Notes: generated from the sequence alone by a model not told the origin. A stretch of 64,000 nucleotides of DNA from Streptosporangiaceae bacterium (GCA_036495485.1 DASXMU010000193.1:2618-66617), one strand, 5' to 3'; shown: positions 23,985 through 34,511, numbered from the stretch's first letter. Translations and numbers: made by a program.

Positions 23985-24794
23985 ATGGGCGACCCGAAGT
24001 CCGGTACGAGGAGACGCAGGGCTGTCGGAACGCGCGACCGGATCATATCCCGTCTCACGGCGGGCGAGATCAAGAACGAGGCCGGGATGGCCAGCACGGT
24101 GCTGGCCACCGACGTCGGGTATCCCGGCTCGAGCATCGCGTTCGCGCAGCTCCTGTCGGGCATGGAGCGATCCGGCCTGATCGAGCGGGAGGTACGGGGA
24201 AAGCGGACCTACCGGATCGCGGCAGCCCCTGGTGCCCTGGACGGCAGCGTCGTTGCCAGCGCCGGTGCCGCCGTGCCGATCGGGCGCAAGTCAACCGCGA
24301 AGGCACCAGCGGCATCGGGCCGCGATTCGTTCCAGGCGGCGGCTGCCGCCCTGGACGGCACCAGGCACCTGGCCACGGCCGCCAAGGGCTCGGCCGAGTT
24401 CGACTATGACGAGCTGGCCAGGCGGTTGCTGATCCAGGTGGTGCGCCAGCTTGCCACCCCCGGGCAGCCGGCCGCGCAGGAGCCCGGCGACGACGCGCTG
24501 GAGAAGACAGTGGCAGGCCTGGAGCGGGAACTGGCCAGCGTCCGTACCTTGCACGGCAACCTGAGGCAGGAGAACGCGCGGCTGCGGGAGCAACTGCGTG
24601 CCACCCGCCGCAGCCTCGCGCTCGCCCAGGAACGGCCGGGCGGTCAGCAGGTCGCCGACGAGCTGGACGCCACCGAGGTGAACCTGCTCGAACGCCTGCT
24701 GGCCCCGGCCGCCCCCGGGACCGCCGCACCACATGCCCCGGCGAGCCGTGCGCCGGCAGCGGAGAGCCGCCGCGAAGACGCCGAGACTGGTTAG
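23985..24794 (+). CDS. Hypothetical protein: N-terminal winged-helix-like region + C-terminal coiled coil
   Basis: ATG 23985, with GGGAGAGGTG upstream. LSGMERSGLIEREVRGKRTYRI resembles a wHTH wing. LERELASVRTLHGNLRQENARLREQLRATRRSL is heptad-like. Confidence 0.55.
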   Translation: MGDPKSGTRRRRAVGTRDRIISRLTAGEIKNEAGMASTVLATDVGYPGSSIAFAQLLSGMERSGLIEREVRGKRTYRIAAAPGALDGSVVASAGAAVPIGRKSTAKAPAASGRDSFQAAAAALDGTRHLATAAKGSAEFDYDELARRLLIQVVRQLATPGQPAAQEPGDDALEKTVAGLERELASVRTLHGNLRQENARLREQLRATRRSLALAQERPGGQQVADELDATEVNLLERLLAPAAPGTAAPHAPASRAPAAESRREDAETG

Positions 24795-24832
24795 TCACCT
24801 CCAGGCGGTGCCGGCCCGGCGGCCCGGCGGCG

Positions 24833-25516
24833 TCAGGTGACCGGCCGGGCGCCCGGGCGGACCAGCCCGGCCTCGTAGGCCAGGACGACGACCTGGACGC
24901 GGTCGCGCAGGCCCAGCTTGGCGAGGATGCGGCCGACGTGGGACTTCACCGTCGTCTCCGAGACGAACAGGGACGCGGCGATCTCGGTGTTGGACAGGCC
25001 CTGGGCCACGGCGACCAGCACCTCACGCTCGCGCTCGGTCAGGGTGGTCAGGTTGGGGTAGCGCTGCGCCCGCAGCTCGGCCGGCACCGGAAGCACCTGG
25101 GCGTACTCCTCGAGCAGGCGCCGGGTCACCCGGGGTGAGACGACGGCGTCCCCGGACGCGACCGTCCTGATGGCGGCGACCACCTCGCCGGGACGCACAT
25201 CCTTGAGCAGGAAGCCGCTGGCGCCGGCCTGCAGCGCGCCGAAGGCGTACTCGTCGAGGTCGAAGGTGGTCAGCACGAGAACGCGGACCCCCGGGTCAGC
25301 CGTGGTGATCCGCCTGGTCGCCTCGATGCCGTTGGTGACCGGCATCCGGATGTCCATCAGCACGACGTCGGGAGCATGGCGGTGGGCGAGCTGGACGGCT
25401 TCCTCACCATTGGCCGCCTCGGCGGCCACGGTCAGGTCGTCCTCGGCTTCGAGGATCATGCGGAAACCGCGGCGCAGCAGTGGCTGGTCGTCGGCCAGCA
25501 GCACGGAGATGGTCAT
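24833..25516 (-). CDS. NarL/LuxR-family response regulator
   Basis: MTISVLLADDQPLLR..DVVLMDIRMP.. receiver domain, plus LTEREREVL..GLSNTEIA..VSETTVKSHV HTH. ATGA overlap with the kinase stop. Confidence 0.92.
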   Translation of the reverse strand: MTISVLLADDQPLLRRGFRMILEAEDDLTVAAEAANGEEAVQLAHRHAPDVVLMDIRMPVTNGIEATRRITTADPGVRVLVLTTFDLDEYAFGALQAGASGFLLKDVRPGEVVAAIRTVASGDAVVSPRVTRRLLEEYAQVLPVPAELRAQRYPNLTTLTEREREVLVAVAQGLSNTEIAASLFVSETTVKSHVGRILAKLGLRDRVQVVVLAYEAGLVRPGARPVT

Positions 25517-26841
25517 GCCGGCATCGCCGCGGGAGGTGCCGCCGGGGCGGGAGGTGCTGGAGGTGCTGCCGGGGCAGAAGGTGCTGCCGGGGCGGGAGGC
25601 GGCGTGGCCGCCGGTGGCTTCGCCGCCTTGACTGGGCCTTGACCGGGACGCAGCGTGGCCGAGACCACCCAGCCGCCTCCGGCGGCGGGACCTGCCTGCA
25701 GCGTGCCGCCGTGCAGGGCGGCACGTTCCCGCATCCCCTCGATACCGTGGCCCCCGCGGTGGCCGTCGGGTGCCGCCGGGGTGCCGTCGTCGGCCACCCA
25801 CAGCCGCACCTCGGGAGCGTCGTAGCAGATGGTGACCCAGGCGCGGCGGGCCGATGCGTGCCGGAGCGTGTTGGTCAGCGCCTCCTGGACGATGCGGTAC
25901 GCGGTGGTCTCGGCGGCCGCGCCGAGCGGGAACCGGGTGCCCTCGACGGTGAGCTCCACGGCCAGGCCGGTCGCGCTGACCCGCTGGACGAGGGCGCCGA
26001 GCTGGGCCAGGCCCGGCTGTGGCGCCAGGTCGGTGGGCTGCTCGTCGGTCCGCAGCACGCCGAGCATGGCCCGCATGTCCGACAGGGCGTTGCGGCCGAC
26101 CTCGGAGACCTCGGTCATCGCCGCCGCGCCGTGCCGGGGGTCGGTGCGGCTCACGACCGCCGCAGCGTCCGCCAGCGTGATCACGACCGACAGGCTGTGC
26201 GAGACGATGTCGTGCAGCTCCCTGGCGATCCTGGTCCGCTCGGCCGCCGCCGCGATCGCGGCCCGCTGATCCTGCTCGACCTCCAGCCGCCGGGCGCGTT
26301 CGTCCATCCAGGCCAGGTACCTGCTGCCGGAGGCAGCCGTCAGCCCGGCGAACAGCGCCGCCACCACGGTGGCGGTGAGGAACAGCAGCGAGCGCGGCAG
26401 CGACCCGGCCAGCTTCCACTGGATCGCCGACATGACCGCTCCGGCTTCGAGCAGGCCGGTGGCCAGCAGGGCGCGGATCCACGACTGGTGGGCCGCGATC
26501 GTGTAGAGCGCGATGAGCAGCGCCGCGTCGCCGAGCAGCGGAAAGCCGAGCAGCCACTGGACGAACGCCAGGACGCTCATGAGCACGAAGACCGTAGTCG
26601 GCCAGACCCGGCGGACGGCGATCCCGGCGATGAGCGCGGTCTGCACGAGCGCCTGGTGCAGCCCGGCGAACCTGGAGCCCGCCAGCCACACGGTGGACAG
26701 GATCAGCAGCACCACGGCCAGCAGCGCGTCGGTCGCCAGCGGGTGCGTGCGCAGCACGCGCCGGCCGCGCCCGAACAGCCCACGCGTGATCTCGTCAGGC
26801 GGCTGGAGCGACGTACGCTGCGGTCTGGGGAACTCGGTCAA
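25513..26841 (-). CDS. NarL-type sensor histidine kinase (HisKA_3 + HATPase_c) with Pro/Ala-rich tail
   Basis: Membrane-spanning N-terminus, H-box ARELHDIVSHSLS, and EALTNTLRHA...DDG...GHGIEGMRERA. Confidence 0.9.
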   Translation of the reverse strand: MTEFPRPQRTSLQPPDEITRGLFGRGRRVLRTHPLATDALLAVVLLILSTVWLAGSRFAGLHQALVQTALIAGIAVRRVWPTTVFVLMSVLAFVQWLLGFPLLGDAALLIALYTIAAHQSWIRALLATGLLEAGAVMSAIQWKLAGSLPRSLLFLTATVVAALFAGLTAASGSRYLAWMDERARRLEVEQDQRAAIAAAAERTRIARELHDIVSHSLSVVITLADAAAVVSRTDPRHGAAAMTEVSEVGRNALSDMRAMLGVLRTDEQPTDLAPQPGLAQLGALVQRVSATGLAVELTVEGTRFPLGAAAETTAYRIVQEALTNTLRHASARRAWVTICYDAPEVRLWVADDGTPAAPDGHRGGHGIEGMRERAALHGGTLQAGPAAGGGWVVSATLRPGQGPVKAAKPPAATPPPAPAAPSAPAAPPAPPAPAAPPAAMPA

Positions 26842-27037
26842 TGAGCGCGTCCTTCTGGGTCAGCTACAGCTAGCCTACCCCTGGCTGCGCCTCGGCCAGT
26901 CTCCGGCGATTGATGCGTCGTCCCTGGTAGAGCACCTGATGCGAGCCCGGTCTCCGACCAGAGGATGAGACGGGGACGCCCGATTTCGTCCTGCCGGAGG
27001 TACCCCGGGCGGGGTGCTGACGCCTAGCTTTTTCCGT

Positions 27038-27115
27038 AGCGCAGCCGAGTACCCCCCCGTGCCCGGCTGCGCTCATGGTCTGGCGCAGCCGAGTACCCCC
27101 CTACCCGGCTGCGCT
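27038..27115. repeat. Two tandem copies of a ~36-bp palindromic (hairpin-forming) element
   Basis: agcgcagccg-16 nt-cggctgcgct (27038-27073), then gcgcagccg-14 nt-cggctgcgc (27083-27114). The copies are near-identical (gcgcagccgagtaccccc..cccggctgcgctca). Confidence 0.8.
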
Positions 27116-27152
27116 CAGGTCTTTGACGGCCATTTCCTGGCTACGCCCACGA

Positions 27153-27767
27153 GTGAGGAAGATCTTGCCAACCGAACTGCCGCTGTGGCTGGACCGCCTG
27201 CTCGGTTACGCACGTGTGGACTTCGCTCCCCGGCACCGTCAGCCATCGGCGGTCGCCGTGGTTGCTGCGGCGGCCGTCTCCATCGCCGGGTCGCTGGCCG
27301 CCGACGCCCTGCTGGTGATGCTCGGCAAAAAGCTCTTTCCGGCGACCGGGCACTACGGCCACTTCCGGTTCTCCGACTACAGCAAGCTGACGGTCATCGG
27401 GGTGCTGATCGCCTGCGTGGCGTGGCCCATCGTCACCCGGATCAGCTCCTCTCCCCGCTGGCTGTTCTTCCGCCAGGCCATTGCGGTGACGCTGGTCCTG
27501 CTGCTGCCCGACCTCTACATCTGGTACAAGGGCCAGCCGATCCACGGGGTCGCCGTGCTGATGGTCATGCACCTGGCCATTGCCCTGGTCACCTACAACT
27601 GTCTGGTCCACATCGCCAAGGTCGGCGAGCCCGCGGCCGGGCGGCGGCACGGGGCGCCCAGCGGCAGCAACCAGAGCTACCGGAGCCTCTGGGACGAAGA
27701 CGAGCGGGACATGCGTCCCGCACCCACCGGCCGCCGCCGGAACCGCGACGCGGACCCATGGACGTGA
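27153..27767 (+). CDS. Small multi-pass membrane protein (DUF6069-like)
   Basis: Four hydrophobic segments (AVAVVAAAAVSIAGSLAADALLV, VIGVLIACVAWPIV, AIAVTLVLLLPDL, VAVLMVMHLAIALV). The start is uncertain (GTG 27153, or TTG nearby). Confidence 0.5.
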   Translation: MRKILPTELPLWLDRLLGYARVDFAPRHRQPSAVAVVAAAAVSIAGSLAADALLVMLGKKLFPATGHYGHFRFSDYSKLTVIGVLIACVAWPIVTRISSSPRWLFFRQAIAVTLVLLLPDLYIWYKGQPIHGVAVLMVMHLAIALVTYNCLVHIAKVGEPAAGRRHGAPSGSNQSYRSLWDEDERDMRPAPTGRRRNRDADPWT

Positions 27768-28735
27768 GCGGGCCAGGCTGGCGCCCGGAGCCCGGCAGGC
27801 TGCCCGACCCGTGGGATACAGGCCAGTGGTACGCGCGCCCCGTGCCCAGCAGCCGCCGTGACCACCAGGACCCGTGGGATGACGGCGAGCCGGACGAGCC
27901 CAGCGGCAGCAGGCGGTTCTTTCCGGAACCGCTCGCCGCCAAGGTGCCAGAGATCACCTTGATGTTCTGGGTGGTCAAGCTTCTCACGACGGCCGGCGGC
28001 GAGGCCGTCTCGGACTACCTGGCCCTGGGCAGCCGGCTGGTGGGCGCGGGCGTCGAGGGCGGCGTTCTGGTCATCGGCCTGCTCTGGCAGTTCCGGACCC
28101 GCCGCTACTCGGCCGCCGCGTACTGGTTCCTGGCCTATGCGATAGCGATCTTCGGCACCGGGGTGTCGGACACGCTGCACCTGGTGGTCGGCATCCCCTA
28201 CGCCGGCACCTCGCTGCTGTGGGCCATCGTGCTCGCCGGGATCTTCTGGCTGTGGTACCGGAACGAGGGCACGCTGTCGATCCACAGCATCGTCACCCGG
28301 CGGCGGGAGACCTACTACTGGGCCACGGTGTTCGCCACCTTCGCGCTCGGCACCGCTGTAGGTGACTTGACGGCGCTCTCGCTCCACCTGGGCTATCTGG
28401 CGTCAGCGGTCCTGTTCTTTATCGTGATCATGATTCCCGCCCTGGCCTGGTCCCAGTTCCGGCTCAACCCGGTGTTCGCGTTCTGGTTCGCCTATGTGGA
28501 CACCCGGCCGCTCGGTGCCTCGTTCGCCGACTACTCCAGCAAGCCGCACAAGCTCAGCGGCCTGAACCTCGGTGACCTGCAGACCGCTGCCACCGTGACG
28601 ATTACCGTCGCCGTGCTGGTGGCCGGGCTGATCATCAGCCGGCACGGCGTCCAGCAGGCCGGGGAGCCGGGGGAACCGGATGACTGGCTGCCCGACGACC
28701 GGGCGGCCCGGCACGCTGGCAGCCATCGCCGCTGA
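27758..28735 (+). CDS. COG4705-like membrane-anchored protein
   Basis: ATG 27758, overlapping the previous stop by 10 nt. KVPEITLMFWVVKLLTTAGGEAVSDYL plus repeated TM segments are typical of this family as I recall it. Confidence 0.65.
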   Translation: MDVSGPGWRPEPGRLPDPWDTGQWYARPVPSSRRDHQDPWDDGEPDEPSGSRRFFPEPLAAKVPEITLMFWVVKLLTTAGGEAVSDYLALGSRLVGAGVEGGVLVIGLLWQFRTRRYSAAAYWFLAYAIAIFGTGVSDTLHLVVGIPYAGTSLLWAIVLAGIFWLWYRNEGTLSIHSIVTRRRETYYWATVFATFALGTAVGDLTALSLHLGYLASAVLFFIVIMIPALAWSQFRLNPVFAFWFAYVDTRPLGASFADYSSKPHKLSGLNLGDLQTAATVTITVAVLVAGLIISRHGVQQAGEPGEPDDWLPDDRAARHAGSHRR

Positions 28736-28745
28736 CGAACCGGGG

Positions 28746-29450
28746 CTAGCCGGCCGCCGGGCGGTAGCGGCGATCGCCGACCTGGCGGACTTCGAGCAGG
28801 GCGGCGAGCCTGCCGTCCAGATGACGGAACGTGGCAATGGCGGCCGCCTCGGGATCGCGGGCGACGACCGCCCTGAGGATCTCCTCGTGCTCGGCACTGC
28901 CGTACCGGACGCGGCCGGGCTCGGCGGTGATCGAGTGCGTGACGTACAGCGAGGTCAGGTCACGCAGGTTAGCCAGGATCGCGACGAGCCGGGGGCTGCT
29001 GACCGCGTCGCTCAGCACGCTGTGGAATCTGTCGTTGTGCTCCGACCAGCGGGTCCCATCGGTCTCGTGATCCATCGCATCGAGCAGTCCGGCGGCCTGA
29101 AGTATCGCGTCCCTGCTGCCGTACCTGGCGGTCCGCGCCACCGCCATCGGCTCGAGCATCTTGCGGATCTCGAATACCTCGGTCAGCTCGGCCTGGCCGA
29201 GCTGGTGCACCACGGCGACCCCGTCGGCGCCGAACCTGACGAACCCCCCGGCGGCCAGCTCCCGCAGCGCGTCGTGGACCGGTCCGGTGCTCACCGCGAG
29301 CTCGGCGGCGACGGCGGACTGGACCAGCCGGGTGCCGCCTGGGATGGCGCCGGTGACGATCCCCCTGCGCAGTACGCCGCACACCATGTCCCTGGCGGCC
29401 GCGGGGCGGCCCGGGGGCTGGGCAGGCGAGGGGTTTAAAGCTTTGCCCAT
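28746..29450 (-). CDS. GntR-family (FadR/FCD-type) transcriptional regulator
   Basis: GGAAGGAGG RBS before ATG 29450. LAVSTGPVHDALRELAAGGFV forms the HTH, followed by an FCD-like C-terminal helical domain. Confidence 0.85.
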   Translation of the reverse strand: MGKALNPSPAQPPGRPAAARDMVCGVLRRGIVTGAIPGGTRLVQSAVAAELAVSTGPVHDALRELAAGGFVRFGADGVAVVHQLGQAELTEVFEIRKMLEPMAVARTARYGSRDAILQAAGLLDAMDHETDGTRWSEHNDRFHSVLSDAVSSPRLVAILANLRDLTSLYVTHSITAEPGRVRYGSAEHEEILRAVVARDPEAAAIATFRHLDGRLAALLEVRQVGDRRYRPAAG

Positions 29451-29494
29451 GCGGCCTCCTTCCGGAAACTGCCAGCCTAAGCCTGCTCGCGGGC

Positions 29495-30604
29495 TCAGGA
29501 CCGCCAGATGAGCACGAGCGCGCAGTCGTCAGAGCTGCCGATGTCCCGCTGCATCGACCGCACCAGCGTCTCCGCGCCAGCCTTGAAGCCGGCGACGACC
29601 ATCCGGTCTGCCTCGCCGAGCAGCCCAGCGATGCCCGAGTCGATGTCCCGGCCCGGCGCCTCGACCATTCCATCGGTGTAGAGCATCAGCGCGTCCCCCG
29701 GCCGCAGCAGCCCGTACTCGGGAACGGACTTGGTGTCGGCGACCACGCCGAGCACGATGCCGTGCGCCTTGGTGATCCGCCAGCTCCCGCTGCCGGCATC
29801 GAAGTGCACCGCGGGCGGATGCCCCCCGGAGGCGACCACGTACTCCCCTGTGGTCAGGTCGAGCGCGAGGTGGACGGCGGTGACGAATCCCTCCGACGCG
29901 GCCACCCGGCGCAGGTAGGAATTACAGGCAGCGAGGAACTCCTCCCTCGGCACCGACCCGAGCAGCCCACCGAACGCACCGGACAGCAGCAGCGCGCGGG
30001 TCCCGGCGTCCAGTCCCTTGCCGGACACGTCGACCAGGGCGACCTCGAGGGTCTTGCCGTCGCAGGCGGACACCACGAAGTCACCGCCGAAGGACGCCCC
30101 ACCGGCCGGCTTGAGTATGGACACCGAATCCCAGCCCTCGCCGAGCACGGGCAGCTTCCCCTGCGCGCGGATCCGGTTCCGCAGCTCGATGAGCATCTGG
30201 TCCCCCCGCAGCGCCTGCATGCCCAGCTTCTCCCTCGTTCTGGCGAGCACATCGGCGAAAACGGCGGTGACCACGATAGTGGCGATGATTCCGGGCCCGG
30301 CCTTTCCTTCAGCCGTGTCGTAGATCAGCCCGGCTATGACAACCCCGAACAAGATCCGCAGTGCACGCGGGAACAGCAGCAGCCCCCCGGCCAGGATCGG
30401 CAGAATCACCACCCCGGGTGAGAACCACCAGACCGAGACGTGCACGGCCAGGACCACGATGGCGACCGTGACCAGGGCCAGCGCGAATGCCAGCCGGCGG
30501 TTCTCGGTGACGAACTGCCTGAGTATCAGCGCACGGAGCCACCCCGCAGCCTCACGCGCCCGGCCAGGCAGGCTACGTGGATGGAATCGTGGGGATGAAA
30601 CCAT
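29495..30604 (-). CDS. Membrane-associated PP2C/SpoIIE-family phosphatase
   Basis: N-terminal TM helices, then GGDF..VALVDVSGKG..LYTDGMVE...DDCALVLIW (PP2C/SpoIIE motifs). ATG 30604 is preferred. Confidence 0.8.
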   Translation of the reverse strand: MVSSPRFHPRSLPGRAREAAGWLRALILRQFVTENRRLAFALALVTVAIVVLAVHVSVWWFSPGVVILPILAGGLLLFPRALRILFGVVIAGLIYDTAEGKAGPGIIATIVVTAVFADVLARTREKLGMQALRGDQMLIELRNRIRAQGKLPVLGEGWDSVSILKPAGGASFGGDFVVSACDGKTLEVALVDVSGKGLDAGTRALLLSGAFGGLLGSVPREEFLAACNSYLRRVAASEGFVTAVHLALDLTTGEYVVASGGHPPAVHFDAGSGSWRITKAHGIVLGVVADTKSVPEYGLLRPGDALMLYTDGMVEAPGRDIDSGIAGLLGEADRMVVAGFKAGAETLVRSMQRDIGSSDDCALVLIWRS

Positions 30605-30827
30605 GATGGCCGCACTGTATCGGCCGGAAGTGACTTCTGGCACGTCGGCGATGCCTAATAATTTTCGGCCGGCCGAAGCATGCGCGCCCACCCGCGCCGG
30701 GCTGCCCGGTACTCCCGGCCGCCGCATGCCCGCATCCTCCGGTTATCCGCGGTCTTCTGTCCATTCACCATCTTTCGGGTAAAGAAAGATGTCGCTTATC
30801 GGGCGCGAGCCAGGTAGGAAGGCAGGC

Positions 30828-32126
30828 ATGGCAGATCCCTACCCGATCCGGCCAATGGGTCCGGAGGAGTTCGACGCCTTCTACTTCGTGGACGAGCACG
30901 CGTTCCACAACCGCCCGCTGTCACCGCGGCGACGTGAGCAACATCTCAAGCAGTTCGAGTCCGACCGCAGCCTGGCAGCCTTCGATGGCAACAGCCCGGC
31001 CGGGATCGCCGGCATCTACAGCCTCCGGATGAGCATTCCCGGCGCGATCGTGCCTGCGGCCGGGGTGACCTGGGTCGCCGTGCTGCCCACGCACCGGCGG
31101 CGGGGCGTCATGTCCAGCCTGATGCACCGGCAGCTCCGGGACATCAGGGACCGGGGTGAGGCGCTCGCGGTGCTGTGGGCGTCCGAAGGCGGGATCTACG
31201 GCAGGTTCGGCTATGGGATCGCGTCCTGGCATACAGCCATAAGGATGAAGCGGGGCGAGGGAACACTCGGCCGCAACGGACTGGCCACGGCCGCCGAGCC
31301 GGGACTGCGGCTGAGGATCGCCGAGCCCGGGTCCGTCCGGGCGGAGCTCGGCAAAATCTACGACACGGTGCTGCCCACCAGGCCCGGCATGTACGCCAGG
31401 GACGAGCTGTGGTGGAACCGCGCGCTCGAAACCGGGGAAGACAGCGAGCCGGAGGGCGCCCCGGGTGACGTGCTGCGCTGCCTGATCGCCGAGGACGGCA
31501 GCGGGCCGCGCGGTTACGCTCTCTACACCGCCCAGAGCAGGTGGGACGAGGCCACCTTCCTGGCCGACAGCTCGCTCGACATACGGGAGCTGGTCGCGGC
31601 CGGCCCGGCAGCGGCCGCGACGATCTGGGCCGACTTGCTGAGCCGGGACCTGACCACGGAGTTCACCGCGCAGCGCCGCCCCATCGACGACCCGCTGGTG
31701 CACCTGCTGGCCGACGGCAGGCTGACCCGCCGGAAGCTGGGGGACGGCCTCTGGGCGCGGCTGACCGAGCTGCCGAAGGCGCTCAGCCAGCGCCGTTACG
31801 CCTGCCCGCTCGATGTGACCATCGAGGTGACGGACACGCTGTTCCAGGAAAACGAGGGAACATGGCGGCTGCGCACCGGCACCCAGGACGCCCGCGGCGG
31901 CCTCGACGGCGTACCCGGCCTGACCGCCACCTGCGAGCGGCACACCGGCGGCACCCCCGACCTCACGCTGGACGTAGCCGTGCTGGGCGCGGCCTATCTG
32001 GGCGGCACCAGGCTCGGCAGCCTGGCCGGAGCCGGGCAAGTCACCGAGCACCGGCCTGGCGCCGTCCTGGCCCTGTCCACCGCCATGTCCTGGGAACCCG
32101 CCCCCTGGTGCCCCGTCATCTTCTGA
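30828..32126 (+). CDS. Eis-like GNAT N-acetyltransferase with SCP2-like C-terminal domain
   Basis: ATG 30828, with GGTAGGAAGG upstream. IRPMGPEEFDAF..., VAVLPTHRRRGVMSSLM, YGRFGYG, C-terminal PWCPVIF. Confidence 0.85.
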   Translation: MADPYPIRPMGPEEFDAFYFVDEHAFHNRPLSPRRREQHLKQFESDRSLAAFDGNSPAGIAGIYSLRMSIPGAIVPAAGVTWVAVLPTHRRRGVMSSLMHRQLRDIRDRGEALAVLWASEGGIYGRFGYGIASWHTAIRMKRGEGTLGRNGLATAAEPGLRLRIAEPGSVRAELGKIYDTVLPTRPGMYARDELWWNRALETGEDSEPEGAPGDVLRCLIAEDGSGPRGYALYTAQSRWDEATFLADSSLDIRELVAAGPAAAATIWADLLSRDLTTEFTAQRRPIDDPLVHLLADGRLTRRKLGDGLWARLTELPKALSQRRYACPLDVTIEVTDTLFQENEGTWRLRTGTQDARGGLDGVPGLTATCERHTGGTPDLTLDVAVLGAAYLGGTRLGSLAGAGQVTEHRPGAVLALSTAMSWEPAPWCPVIF

Positions 32127-32165
32127 CCCGGCAGCGTGAGCGCGATGACAACCACGGTGCGTGAA

Positions 32166-32711
32166 CTAGCTGGAGGACTGATCCTCCGCCAGGGCGGGTT
32201 CGCCGCTGTCAGTGACGTCGGCGGCCTCGTCCTGCGCAGGCGCGGGCTCGTCCGCCGCAGGCGCGGGCTCGTCCGCCGCAGGCGCGGGGTCGGCGGCCTG
32301 GCCCTCGGGCAGCGTCGGCTTGACGTCGAGCAGCCGGGCGAGCAGGCCGTTCACGAACGACGGTGAGGCGTCGGTGGACAGGTCGCGGGCCAGCGCGACC
32401 GCCTCGCTGATCGCCACGCCGTCCGGCACGTCGCCGGCCCAGAGCAGCTCGTAGGTGCCGATGCGCAGCACGTTGCGGTCCACCGCTGGCATCCGGCCCA
32501 GCGTCCAGCCCTCGGCGTAGGCGGCGAGCAGTTCGTCGATCCTGTCCCGGTGCGCCTGCACGCCGCGGACCAGTTCGGCGGCGTACGGCGAGACCGGCGG
32601 GCTGGCGTCGGCCACCCGCTGATCGAGCAGCTCCAGAACGGGCTCGCCGCGTACCTCGGCCTCGAAAAGCACATCAAGCGCGCGCTTGCGCGCCTTGCTA
32701 CGTGCGGCCAT
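32166..32711 (-). CDS. nusB: Transcription antitermination factor NusB with acidic Pro/Ala-rich C-terminal repeats
   Basis: ARSKARKRALDVLFEAE...DRNVLRIGTYELLW...FVNGLLARL. Confidence 0.95.
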   Translation of the reverse strand: MAARSKARKRALDVLFEAEVRGEPVLELLDQRVADASPPVSPYAAELVRGVQAHRDRIDELLAAYAEGWTLGRMPAVDRNVLRIGTYELLWAGDVPDGVAISEAVALARDLSTDASPSFVNGLLARLLDVKPTLPEGQAADPAPAADEPAPAADEPAPAQDEAADVTDSGEPALAEDQSSS

Positions 32712-32756
32712 GGGCCCGCGGTTCTCCGCCGCCTGATCCGCGCCGTTCCCAGCAGG

Positions 32757-33314
32757 TCATGCGCGGCTGAGGTACACGCCGGTGCGGGTGTCCACCTTGA
32801 CCTTCTCACCGGACGAGATGAACAGCGGCACCTGGACCTGGGCGCCGGTCTCCAGGGTGGCCGGCTTGGTGCCGCCGGTGGATCTGTCGCCCTGCACGCC
32901 CGGATCGGTCTGGGTGATGGTCAGCTCCACGGCGGCCGGCAGGTCCACGTACAGCGGCGTCCCGTCGTTGAAGGCCACCGTCACCATCTGCTCTTCGAGC
33001 AGGAAGTTCGCGGCGTCGCCCACGACCGAGCCGGGCACGCGCGGCTGGTCGTAGTCCTGGGTGTCCATGAAGACGAAGTCGTCGCCCTCGCGGTAGAGGT
33101 ACTGCATCTCCCGCTTGTCCACGTTGGCCACGTCGACCTTGACACCAGCGTTGAACGTCCGGTCGACCACCTTGCCGGACATCACATTCTTGAGCTTGCT
33201 GCGCACGAACGCGCCGCCCTTGCCGGGTTTGACGTGCTGGAACTCCACCACGGTCCAGAGCTGGCCGTCGATGCTCAGCGTCATCCCGTTCTTCAGATCG
33301 TTCGTCGTGGCCAC
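32757..33314 (-). CDS. efp: Elongation factor P
   Basis: GTG 33314 ([13 protein letters not shown]..), with AGGAGAG upstream. [16 protein letters not shown]. Confidence 0.95.
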   Translation of the reverse strand: MATTNDLKNGMTLSIDGQLWTVVEFQHVKPGKGGAFVRSKLKNVMSGKVVDRTFNAGVKVDVANVDKREMQYLYREGDDFVFMDTQDYDQPRVPGSVVGDAANFLLEEQMVTVAFNDGTPLYVDLPAAVELTITQTDPGVQGDRSTGGTKPATLETGAQVQVPLFISSGEKVKVDTRTGVYLSRA

Positions 33315-33360
33315 GTGCGGTTCTCTCCTGGATGCGCTAGCACCAGGGCCCCGCCCGGCC

Positions 33361-34452
33361 TCACAGCGCGAGCAGCTCCCTGGTGGTCGTGGTGAGCAGG
33401 TCTGTCGGTGCAAAGGCCCCGTCGTCGCCGACTACGAGGACGTCCTCTATCCGGACGCCGCCCATGCCCGGCAGGTACACGCCAGGCTCGATGGTGACCG
33501 GGACCCGGGCAGCGAGTCTACCCGCGGTTCCGTACCCGAGCATCGGTGCCTCGTGCACCTCGAGGCCCACGCCGTGGCCGAGCCCGTGCTGGAAGTGCTC
33601 GGCGTGGCCGGCGTCGTCGATCATGTCCCGGGCCGCGGCATCCACTTCGGTCAGCTCGGCACCGGCCCGCGCGGCCTCCATCCCGGCCCGCTGCGCCCTG
33701 GCGACGAGGTCGTAGATGTCCCGCTGCCACTGGTCGGGCTCGCCGAGGCACAGGGTCCTGGTCATGTCGGCGTGGTAGCCGCCGACCCGCGCCCCGAAGT
33801 CGATGGTGACCAGGTCACCCCGCTCCAGCGTCCGCTGCCCCGCCCGGTGGTGCGGGAACGCGCCGTTCGGGCCGCTGGCCACGATCGTGTCGAAGGCGAG
33901 CGCCTCCGCGCCGAGATCCACCATCCGCCGCTCGATGGCCGTCGCCAGCTGCCGTTCGGTGACGCCGGGCGCGATCTGCGGCAGCAGTTCCTCCAGCGCG
34001 CGGGAGCTGATCTGGCACGCTCTGCCGAGGAGGCTGAGCTCCTCCTCGTCCTTGACGGTGCGCAGCTCCTCGATGACCTGGCCGAACGGCTCCAGGATGG
34101 CCCCGCCGGCTTCGGTGGCAAGCTGCAGGTGGGTGGCCACCGTCATCTGCTGGGCCTCGAACAGCAGCTTGCTGTATCCGCGCGCCGCCGCGGTCTGGCC
34201 GAGCGCGGGCACCAGGAAGCGCTGGACCACCAACGGGAGGTCGGGGCAGTCCCGCTCGGCGGCCAGCGCATAGCGCGAGTCGGTGGCGAGCAGGCAGTCG
34301 CCGGAAGCCGGCACGAGCAGCGCGACGTTGGAGCTGGCCAGGCCGGTGAGATACCGGACGTTCGGCAGGTGGGTGATCAGGGCGGCGTCGGCGTCGAGCG
34401 CGGCGACGCGCGCCTGGGCGCGCTCACGGCGGGCAGCGTGGATTTCCGGCAT
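33361..34452 (-). CDS. pepQ: Xaa-Pro aminopeptidase/dipeptidase (peptidase M24)
   Basis: ATG 34452 (MPEIHAARR..). [42 protein letters not shown]. Confidence 0.9.
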   Translation of the reverse strand: MPEIHAARRERAQARVAALDADAALITHLPNVRYLTGLASSNVALLVPASGDCLLATDSRYALAAERDCPDLPLVVQRFLVPALGQTAAARGYSKLLFEAQQMTVATHLQLATEAGGAILEPFGQVIEELRTVKDEEELSLLGRACQISSRALEELLPQIAPGVTERQLATAIERRMVDLGAEALAFDTIVASGPNGAFPHHRAGQRTLERGDLVTIDFGARVGGYHADMTRTLCLGEPDQWQRDIYDLVARAQRAGMEAARAGAELTEVDAAARDMIDDAGHAEHFQHGLGHGVGLEVHEAPMLGYGTAGRLAARVPVTIEPGVYLPGMGGVRIEDVLVVGDDGAFAPTDLLTTTTRELLAL

Positions 34453-34511
34453 AACGCCGACTTTACGCGCCGATCCGGCCCCCATGGAGGCATCCCCGGG
34501 CGGTGGCTGAC

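Noticed and set aside
25513-25640. Low-complexity Pro/Ala (kinase tail), Ala/Pro/Glu (NusB tail, 32170-32300) and Gly/Ala/Pro (ABC ATPase tail, 51620-51740) repeats.
   Set aside because: These are ordinary disordered C-terminal extensions in high-GC actinomycete proteins, with no independent signal beyond compositional bias.
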